IMG/VR virus record: IMGVR_UViG_3300045988_180912 | Reading direction: 5' to 3' (one strand) | Source: a virus | DNA: 15,424 nt | Part shown: one piece after another, positions 9,044 through 15,341 of the stretch | Position numbering within the stretch: the first letter of the stretch is position 1 | Layout of the letters: each line of letters opens with the position of its first letter | Notes under the pieces: generated by a model | Seen by the model: only the letters and a program-made list of their open reading frames with translations | The model's database searches: none | What the model was told of the DNA's origin: nothing | Made by a program: the position numbers and the translations under genes

Positions 9044-10800
9044 TTATTTTTTAAAGTTTACAATATTATGAATTGTCTTTTCTTCTTTTATGGTGAAATC
9101 TGTTTCAACTAATATTACTCCACCTTTTACATGCTTAAATGTTAATTTGCCACCACATGAAAAGCCTGTTTTAAATTCTTCCCATTTCACAAAATCATAA
9201 CAACTTTTAGGCATTCCTGCACATGTAATATTAATATTTCCGGTCTATTTCTTCTAAATAACATTTTTGACGTACAAAACGTGCTTTTGTAAAATCACCT
9301 TCGTGTTTCCAAGCGCCAAGTCTTACTGGATCAATATCACAAAATAGTTTTAATTCTTCAATAGGAAGTAAAGAATGAATTGAATCTGTGTCACTATAAA
9401 TATATAAATCTTTTCCATATTTATTTATTGAATAATCTTTAATTGCCTGAGAAGTTCTAATTGTTTTTTCTCTTGCGTATGCAGTAATAAATGCGCCAAT
9501 TGGTAAATAAATACCGTCTTTTTGTTCTTTTGGTGAAAGCGAATAATGAATAATTTCATCTTCACCAAGGTATGGAATTTTACTTTGTACGTCAAGACTT
9601 GTTGCAAATTTACCATATAATGCGTTAAGCATTAATTTTGCAAGGGTACGTTGGCCTTTATTTCCTGAAATAGTTGCTTCATTTTTTCTTGTAATCCATT
9701 TATCAATGTAATCCTTAAAAATTCCTTGAATTGCCTTAAACTTCCAACCACATACATATTCTAAATCGTAAACGTCATATTGTTCAAAAAATAGTTTTAA
9801 ATCCACATTTGTTAAAACTAAACAAACAATTTCATTTTGTGAATTTTCCAAATATTCATTTGCTTTAAAAAATGAACGGTTATTTTTTATTTGTATAGTT
9901 GGAATTTTATTTTTCTTTAATTTAAAACTGCATGTTATCATTTGAATATATAAAGAATAAACTTTGTCTTGTTTATATTCTCCTTGAAAAAATATAGGTT
10001 CACCAAATGGAAGTTCTTTTTCATACATAACAGAAGGGTATAAACTATTTACGTCAAGAACTGTTCCATGTCCGCACGTCTTTTTCTTTATAAATTGGAT
10101 TCAGGTAAGTAAACCCACCTTTGTATGCTTTTCTTAAATCCTTGTCAACTTCATAATCAAGTGGCGGAAAATAATGCAAAAATTTTGACTTTGAAAGTAT
10201 TTGTTTGAAATCGTTTAGTGCATTACTTCCCTGTGTCATTTTCTTTAAATCTTCATCAAATAAAACTTTAAGTGCTTTTGCTACAATTAAAACGTCATTT
10301 TTTATATATTCCTTTTCTTCAAGTGTTAGTTCATGACCTTTTGGTCGTTCTTTTTTGTAATCAATTTTTAATTTTGAAATTGGAAGATTAAAACTTTTTG
10401 CAATCATTTCAACGGAAAACGGAATTATTTTTAAACTATCAAAAAATGTTACTTTGTGAACTTTTTTATTTTTCTTTTCAAAATATAATGTTATTGTATA
10501 AAATTGTCCCATGTCACTTATTAATGTTGTAAATGTATTTTCCTTTATATCTTCATTTGCGGTCACGTGTGAAAATCCGTGTGTTAGCGCCCAATAAATT
10601 ATAAATTCACCGTCAAATTTTAAGTTATGAAAATAAAATGAACTGTTCTTTTCTTTTTTGCAAAATTCAATAAAATCATCAATATTATTTCCAATTTGTA
10701 AATTTTCTTCATTTCCTATTTCTACACAAGCCCATGCCCAAACCCACGTTTCGTTTTCTTTCCACACTGCCGTTTCAAAATCCGCCGTAAACTTTTTCAC
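9044..10800 (-). CDS. Protein-primed family B DNA polymerase (phi29 gp2-like); needs +1 shifts at CGG 10074..10072 and 9242..9240
   Basis: Join (10800..10075, 10073..9243, 9241..9044) gives 584 aa. Exonuclease motif FTADFETAV, then KAYKGGFTYLNPIYKEKDV-[CGGA]-HGTVLDVNSLYPSVMYEKELPFG, motif C YIYSDTDSIHS, then EEID-[CGGA]-NINITCAGMPKSCYDFVKWEEFKTGFSCGGKLTFKHVKGGVILVETDFTIK. Likely GTG start. Confidence 0.92.
9239..9242 (-). other. +1 frameshift / quadruplet site 3 (GAC CGGA AAT)
   Basis: In-frame CGG; skipping C at 9242 restores the CAGM...GGV...DFTIK C-terminus; otherwise stop 3 codons later. Confidence 0.82.
10071..10074 (-). other. +1 frameshift / quadruplet site 4 (GTG CGGA CAT)
   Basis: In-frame CGG; skipping C at 10074 gives DV-G-HGTVLDVNSLYPS, matching phi29 EIGEGMVFDVNSLYP. 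Confidence 0.87.
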
Positions 10801-10820
10801 ATAAATATTATGCTCCTTTC

Positions 10821-11658
10821 TTATTCGCTTAATCCTTCAAAATCAGGATCACTTCCACTATTTATAAATGCCCTTCTATTTCTCATTTGATAATCACTTA
10901 AAGTCACACTATCTTCATCAATTTCAATTCCAAAATCTTGAACAAATGAATTGAATGCTTGTTGCGTGTATGTTTCGTCACTTTGATAAGTTAAATCACC
11001 GTGTTAATTCATTTTGTGATACAAAATTAAAGAATGAAATAGGATTTGTAAATGATCTTAATTTTTTCATAAGTTTTTCGTAATTATCAAAATGTGAATA
11101 TTTTTCCATTTCCTTTAAATAATTTTCACGAAAAACAATTGCCTTTTTCATTGAGTAATCACTTGTGCCCATTCGTGAAAGTCTTTCACGTAAACGGTTA
11201 AACTCATAACCAACTGCACTTTCAATATTTTTTAGATTTTTAATTTGTGCATTTATTTCACGAACACGCATTGAACCCATTTGCGCTCTTGAAAAACCAC
11301 TTTCCGTTGGTTCATTTAATGTTTTAAGTTCATTTTGTAACCTAGATTGTGCAATTCTACTTTGAATCCCAAGTTCTCTACGTTCCCATTTTGTTATTTC
11401 TTCACCGCTCTGTGTTGTATATAAATCTTCTGCACCTTCCCTTTGAAATCTACGCAAGGAATTTATAAGTCTATTTAGTTCCCTTCTTGTTGTAATATTT
11501 TCTTTTGCTTCTTTATAACTAATTGTTTCAGGTAAATAAAGCTTATTTTCTTCTGCTTGTAATTCATTTATTTTTTTATTAAATCTTGCAACTGCTTGTC
11601 CTAAACGTATAAAATCACCCTGTCTCCAATTAATTTGTGAATCTGCCATTTCTTTCAC
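10821..11658 (-). CDS. Terminal protein (phi29 gp3-like primer protein), needs +1 shift at CGG 11001..10999
   Basis: Join (11658..11002, 11000..10821) gives 278 aa; basic/coiled protein (ITTRRELNRLINSLRRFQREGAEDLYTTQSGEEITKWERREL) directly upstream of the polymerase. C-terminus after shift: GDLTYQSDETYTQQAFNSFVQDFGIEIDEDSVTLSDYQMRNRRAFINSGSDPDFEGLSE. Confidence 0.78.
10998..11001 (-). other. +1 frameshift / quadruplet site 5 (ACA CGGT GAT)
   Basis: In-frame CGG immediately followed by TGA in frame 0; skipping C at 11001 opens 59 further codons ending next to the polymerase ribosome binding site. Confidence 0.78.
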
Positions 11659-11664
11659 CTTCCT

Positions 11665-11976
11665 TTAATACATTAATATATTTGCAATTAAACCACATGA
11701 AGGTGTAATTTCTTTTTTGTTTTCTTCATCATAAATTCTAAATCCACGTTTTTCAATTTTCTTATAAAGTGAAATCATTAATAAAATATCAAAATTTATA
11801 TTTATATTATATTTTACTTGAATTTTAAACGTTTCTGTTTCAATAAAACTTGAAATTTCATCTGCAAATTTCTTTTTATAAAATTCACTTGAAAAATAAA
11901 AAACAAGTCCTTTATATTTAAAATAATATTCACTTTCATTTAAATTTAAGCAAATTCCTTTGACTGTGGTTTTCAT
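11665..11976 (-). CDS. Hypothetical early protein
   Basis: 103 aa ORF, tightly packed with the terminal protein gene. Confidence 0.7.
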   Translation of the reverse strand: MKTTVKGICLNLNESEYYFKYKGLVFYFSSEFYKKKFADEISSFIETETFKIQVKYNININFDILLMISLYKKIEKRGFRIYDEENKKEITPSCGLIANILMY

Positions 11977-12009
11977 TATTATGTCACCTTCCTTTCCTTA
12001 TGATAAGAA

Positions 12010-12029
12010 CTTGTGTATTTCTACACAAG
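12010..12029 (-). other. Stable hairpin with GAAA (GNRA) tetraloop overlapping the stop codon of the 12021..12506 gene
   Basis: (-) strand CTTGTGTA GAAA TACACAAG, perfect 8-bp stem. Confidence 0.6.
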
Positions 12030-12506
12030 CTCAAACCCTAATGACTTATTGCCTTTTTCTGTTTTGTTCTTTACAATTTTAATTTCAAAACCTTCATCAG
12101 TTATTCCAAACATTTGAAGGTATCTCATCATTTGAATTGTAAAAACCTTTGAACCAGTTGCGTAGCTTTTACCTGCATCATCAATTAAAATACAAGCCAT
12201 AGTTGTTTCTGTGTCTTTTAGAACTTCTCCTGTTTCTTCATCAATTATTGGTTCTTTCATAGGTTTTTTGTATCTTTTAATCAATACTTCTTTTACTCTT
12301 ATAAGTTCACCTTCGCAATCATTTAATAAATTATCAACATGTGAATCCAAATTAAATATTTTCTTTTGGTCTGTAATATTTGTAAACATTTCAGCTTTCG
12401 TTGTAGTGCTATTTTGTAATGCTCCAAAATCTTGAACAGTTGCAAGTGCTGAAACATCCTTTCCTTCATTTTCTAAAACTTCATTTTTTAATTCTTCATT
12501 TTCCAT
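12021..12506 (-). CDS. Putative single-stranded DNA-binding protein of phi29-like phages
   Basis: 161 aa; MFTNITDQKKIFNLDSHVDNLLNDCEGELIRVKEVLIKRY...ACILIDDAGKSYATGSKVFTIQMMRYLQMFG; similar proteins are, from memory, annotated as ssDNA-binding; located before terminal protein/polymerase. Confidence 0.55.
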   Translation of the reverse strand: MENEELKNEVLENEGKDVSALATVQDFGALQNSTTTKAEMFTNITDQKKIFNLDSHVDNLLNDCEGELIRVKEVLIKRYKKPMKEPIIDEETGEVLKDTETTMACILIDDAGKSYATGSKVFTIQMMRYLQMFGITDEGFEIKIVKNKTEKGNKSLGFELV

Positions 12507-12607
12507 AATGAAACCTTCTTTCTCCTATTTTACGCATAAGTGCGACAAATTCAAATTTTGCTTTTTGGTTTAGCAATAACCTTTATAATAAAATAATTAT
12601 AAACTTT

Positions 12608-12835
12608 TTAATTTTCCTTTCTTCTAAATAATTCAACTATTTCTGCGTCAATTCTATTTCTTATTTCTGTTATATTTGCTTCTAATGTTGCCCTTGCGTC
12701 ATATAAAATTGGAATACAGAATACTTTTTCATTATCTATTCGCCCATATATTTCATATTGTCTAAAATCTTTGAATTTTACGTCAATTCTAAAATTATAT
12801 ACTTCTTCTAACTTGTCCTGAATTTCATCTTCCAT
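12608..12835 (-). CDS. Hypothetical small early protein
   Basis: 75 aa ORF in a densely packed same-strand operon. Confidence 0.6.
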   Translation of the reverse strand: MEDEIQDKLEEVYNFRIDVKFKDFRQYEIYGRIDNEKVFCIPILYDARATLEANITEIRNRIDAEIVELFRRKEN

Positions 12836-12837
12836 TT

Positions 12838-12978
12838 TTAAATCCTCCTTACATTTATTATTTGAACTTTACCTGAACCATACATATTTGTAAATATACT
12901 TTGCGCTTGTACTGCGTCACTTGCGTTTATCATTATTTTTCGAATAATTCCTTCCATTGAATAAGTTACTTCAAACAT
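12838..12978 (-). CDS. Hypothetical 46-aa early protein (not in supplied ORF track)
   Basis: ATG at 12978 to TAA 12840..12838: MFEVTYSMEGIIRKIMINASDAVQAQSIFTNMYGSGKVQIINVRRI; fills the gap between neighbours; AGGTGA upstream. Confidence 0.6.
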   Translation of the reverse strand: MFEVTYSMEGIIRKIMINASDAVQAQSIFTNMYGSGKVQIINVRRI

Positions 12979-12979
12979 T

Positions 12980-13309
12980 TCATTCACCTGCCTTTTCTAT
13001 TGTATAATAAATTATTTCGTTAAAATTAAAAGTAACCCATAAATTCCTTTCATTGTCAAAACATTCAAGAGTTTCTTTGTCTGCAATTATTCTATTGGTT
13101 TTTATTATTAAAATTCTTTCATCTTTTAAGAAAATTTTTAATTCTTTTAAATTTCCATTTTCAATTGAATTTCTTTTTATAAGTAAATCTACCATTTGAA
13201 TTAAGTCACCAATTGCATTATAACCTACTGTATTCATATATTTTCCTGTATTTTCAAATTCGTTCTTTATTTCTTCAAAACGTTTCATTGCGTCTGTTCC
13301 TGCTACCAT
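12980..13309 (-). CDS. Hypothetical early protein
   Basis: 109 aa ORF ending in TGA. Confidence 0.65.
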   Translation of the reverse strand: MVAGTDAMKRFEEIKNEFENTGKYMNTVGYNAIGDLIQMVDLLIKRNSIENGNLKELKIFLKDERILIIKTNRIIADKETLECFDNERNLWVTFNFNEIIYYTIEKAGE

Positions 13310-13830
13310 TTTAATTTCTCCTCTCTTAAAAGTTCTTGTAAAACTTCTATTTTAGCTTTTAAGTCACTCCACTCTTTACCTAAAGTAAATCCCACTCCAA
13401 TATCATCTTTTTCCATTTTTATTCTTTGTTTGTCATATTCTTCTATCTTGTCTTTTACTTTTGATTTTGGAATACTGTCAAATTGTTTATAATGTTTATA
13501 TTCACAATAACAATCATCATAAGCTTTTTGTAAACTTTCATTCTCTTCTTTTAATTCTTCATTCTCTTTTTGTAGTTCTTCTATCTTTTCTTTTACTAAA
13601 GAAACTGGGATACTATTTTCTAAGTTTGTAAATTTTACATCATATAATCTACTTATATCTATTATATTAACATCAAATATTTCTGCTTTTTCTTCATCAC
13701 TTATTTTATTATGCGTTACAATGTGACTTGCTTTTAATCTTTTATTCTCTTCTTCTAGTTGCTTAACTTTTTCTCTTAATTCTCCATTTTCTTTTCTATG
13801 AGATTCTTCTATTTCTTTTAAATCAGGCAT
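13303..13830 (-). CDS. Hypothetical coiled-coil early protein
   Basis: 175 aa; long Glu/Lys heptad-like stretches (ENGELREKVKQLEEENKRLKA, KEKIEELQKENEELKEENESLQKAYDDCY). Confidence 0.65.
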   Translation of the reverse strand: MPDLKEIEESHRKENGELREKVKQLEEENKRLKASHIVTHNKISDEEKAEIFDVNIIDISRLYDVKFTNLENSIPVSLVKEKIEELQKENEELKEENESLQKAYDDCYCEYKHYKQFDSIPKSKVKDKIEEYDKQRIKMEKDDIGVGFTLGKEWSDLKAKIEVLQELLREEKLKW

Positions 13831-13970
13831 TCAAATTTCACTTCCTTTCCATATTTCTTATAAACTGCTTTCAAAAACAATTCAAGCAATTTTGACTTTT
13901 CAATTTCAATAGTTGCGTCATTTCTAAAAAATTTTACTGAATTTTCAAATTCTAAATAATAAATTTTCAT
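13818..13970 (-). CDS. Hypothetical 50-aa first early gene (not in supplied ORF track)
   Basis: ATG at 13970: MKIYYLEFENSVKFFRNDATIEIEKSKLLELFLKAVYKKYGKEVKFECLI, preceded by AAAGGGTG and the 14000..14028 promoter. Confidence 0.6.
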   Translation of the reverse strand: MKIYYLEFENSVKFFRNDATIEIEKSKLLELFLKAVYKKYGKEVKFECLI

Positions 13971-13987
13971 TTGTGAATCACCCTTTC

Positions 13988-14020
13988 TTAATTTTCTTCA
14001 TTATATATGAAGAAAATTAA
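13988..14020. promoter_or_regulatory. Operator-like perfect palindrome overlapping -10 and predicted transcription start
   Basis: TTAATTTTCTTCA (13988-14000) / TGAAGAAAATTAA (14008-14020), 13-bp arms, 7-nt centre. Confidence 0.6.
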
Positions 14021-14028
14021 AATGTCAA
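14000..14028 (-). promoter_or_regulatory. Consensus sigma-A-type promoter for the leftward operon
   Basis: (-) strand TTGACA (14028-14023), 17-nt spacer, TATAAT (14005-14000). Confidence 0.85.
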
Positions 14029-14085
14029 TACTTTTTTTAAAACTTTTTTTAAAAAAGTTTATAATTATATTATGTTCACTTTTAC

Positions 14086-14115
14086 TTGCATTATTCTTTA
14101 TTTTTGTGATATAAT
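14086..14115 (+). promoter_or_regulatory. Rightward promoter with extended -10 for leader RNA + ATPase
   Basis: TTGCAT (14086-14091), 18-nt spacer, TGA-TATAAT (14107-14115). Confidence 0.7.
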
Positions 14116-14149
14116 AAGTATAGCGAAATTATAAGTTCAATTTGTTTGT

Positions 14150-14240
14150 AGTTTTTATAGGGTCACCAACGTGAAGAGCGTTCCTGTAAAATTTTGCCGT
14201 GGTAGGTTGCAACAAAACTTCTAATTTTGCAATTTTAAAA
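14150..14240 (+). ncRNA. Structured leader upstream of the packaging ATPase; candidate pRNA-like RNA or leader
   Basis: Locally GC-richer noncoding segment after a promoter: hairpin AACG-tgaagag-CGTT (14168-14182) and pairing TAAAA(TT)TTGC (14187-14197) with GCAATTTTA (14229-14237) just before the ribosome binding site. Confidence 0.35.
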
Positions 14241-14254
14241 GGAAGGTGAATGCT

Positions 14255-15283
14255 ATGCACTTCTATGATTATCATAGAATTTTATCATATAACTGCCCTG
14301 TCAATGTTTTAATTGGTGAACGTGGTTGTGGTAAATCTTACGGTGCAAAAAAATTTGTAATTGAACAATTTATAAAAAAGCATTCACAATTCCTTTATTT
14401 AAGACGTTATGATAATGAACTTAAAGAAATATTTGAAAAAACAAAATCACAAAAAGATTTTTTTGATGATATAAAAAACGAATTTCAAGAACATACACTT
14501 GAAGCAAAAAATCGTAAATTTTATTGTGACGGTGAAGTGTTTGGATTTGCTAAACGTATGACCGAAGCACAGGACTTAAAATCTTCCGTTTATCAAAATG
14601 TGAAAATTATTATAATTGATGAATATCCAATTGAAAAAAATAAACGTTATTATTTGCCAAATGAAGGCATGATTCTTATGCGGTATTTTAGATAGTATTA
14701 TTCGTAATAGAAATGATGTAAAAATTTTTATTTTAGGAAATGCAGTAGAACGGAATTGAATATTCACCTTTGTTTTCATTCTTTGATTTGTCACTTCCAT
14801 TTGGTAATGATATAAAATTATTCAAAGATAATCTTATTTTGGTTCAATATATGAACAATGAAGAATTTAGAAAAGACCGTGAAGAAACTTTAATTCGGTA
14901 AACTTGCAAAACGGAACACTCTACGAACAATACGCAATGCAAAATAAAATTCTTGATAAAAATAAAAATTTCATCGAAAAGAAAACACGGTTCAAGCAAG
15001 TTTAGTTTTGCATTAATTTATAATGGTGAAACGTTCGGTATTTGGAATGATTTTCATGAACGGTAAAATATTTGTCTCAACAGATTATGACAAGTTTAGT
15101 CCTTATTTATTTAGTATGACTTTAAAAGACCACTCACCTAACACAATGATGTTTAACGCAATGAAACGTTATAATTTTTGGAAGTTGTTTTTAGAAAATT
15201 TTAAAATAGGTAACGTGTATTTTGAAAATCAAAAAATTAAACATAGTATGTATGAATTAATTAAATTATATTATTCAAAATAG
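14255..15283 (+). CDS. DNA packaging ATPase (phi29 gp16-like); requires six +1 shifts, all at CGG
   Basis: Join (14255..14680, 14682..14750, 14752..14895, 14897..14911, 14913..14987, 14989..15060, 15062..15283) gives 340 aa: Walker A GERGCGKSYGAKK, Walker B VKIIIIDEYPIE, ...MILMGILDSIIRNRNDVKIFILGNAVEGIEYSPLFSFFDLSLPFG...EETLIGKLAKGTLYEQYAMQNKILDKNKNFIEKKTGSSKFSFALIFNGETFGIWNDFHEGKIFVSTDYDKFSPYLFSMTLKDHSPNTMMFNAM... AGGAAGG ribosome binding site 9 nt before the ATG. Confidence 0.9.
14681..14684 (+). other. +1 frameshift / quadruplet site 6 (ATG CGGT ATT)
   Basis: In-frame CGG; skipping C restores MILM-G-ILDSIIRNRNDVKIFILGNAVE. Confidence 0.82.
14751..14754 (+). other. +1 frameshift / quadruplet site 7 (GAA CGGA ATT)
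   Basis: In-frame CGG; frame 0 hits TGA after one more codon; +1 gives 48 codons GIEYSPLFSFFDL... Confidence 0.82.
14896..14899 (+). other. +1 frameshift / quadruplet site 8 (ATT CGGT AAA)
   Basis: In-frame CGG directly followed by TAA in frame 0; +1 gives GKLAK. Confidence 0.8.
14912..14915 (+). other. +1 frameshift / quadruplet site 9 (AAA CGGA ACA)
   Basis: In-frame CGG only 5 codons after site 8; +1 gives GTLYEQYAMQNKILDKNKNFIEKKT. Confidence 0.8.
14988..14991 (+). other. +1 frameshift / quadruplet site 10 (ACA CGGT TCA)
   Basis: In-frame CGG; +1 gives GSSKFSFALIFNGETFGIWNDFHE. Confidence 0.8.
15061..15064 (+). other. +1 frameshift / quadruplet site 11 (GAA CGGT AAA)
   Basis: In-frame CGG directly followed by TAA in frame 0; +1 gives GKIFVSTDYDKFSPYLFSMTLKDHSPNT to the natural stop. 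Confidence 0.8.
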
Positions 15284-15306
15284 TTTCATGAGAAACAAAA
15301 TAATCA

Positions 15307-15335
15307 TTGACAAACATAATAAAATGTGGTACAAT
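15307..15335 (+). promoter_or_regulatory. Strong consensus rightward promoter downstream of ATPase
   Basis: TTGACA (15307-15312), 17-nt spacer, TACAAT (15330-15335). Confidence 0.75.
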
Positions 15336-15341
15336 GTTATA

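Noticed and set aside
5567-11658. Reading the split MCP, gp13, polymerase and terminal protein as pseudogenes or as separate adjacent ORFs (e.g. 5320..5565, 7070..7363, 9231..10028)
   Set aside because: Breaks all occur at an in-frame CGG, all in the same direction, with perfect continuation of homology; random decay would not do this, and the downstream ORF starts are internal methionines without ribosome binding sites.
14160-14240. tRNA gene in the ATPase leader
   Set aside because: No acceptor/T-arm pattern (no GGTTCRAxxCC) or 7-bp acceptor stem recognisable.
14576-14800. Minus-strand ORF 14576..14800
   Set aside because: Antisense to the conserved ATPase; arises from AT-rich sequence.
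5608-15064. Simple assembly or base-calling error
   Set aside because: Not excluded without reads, but disfavoured: the same C before GGA/GGT at 11 places with different contexts on both strands, while many other GGA/GGT codons and out-of-phase CGG strings are untouched.
5608-15064. Classical -1 programmed frameshift on a slippery heptamer or group II intron/inteine-type interruption
   Set aside because: All changes are +1 of a single base, with no X XXY YYZ motif and no intervening sequence.
15023-15283. ORF 15023..15283 as an independent gene
   Set aside because: Only its part after 15062 is genuine (C-terminus of ATPase); the first codons are an out-of-frame reading of FNGETFGIWNDFHE.
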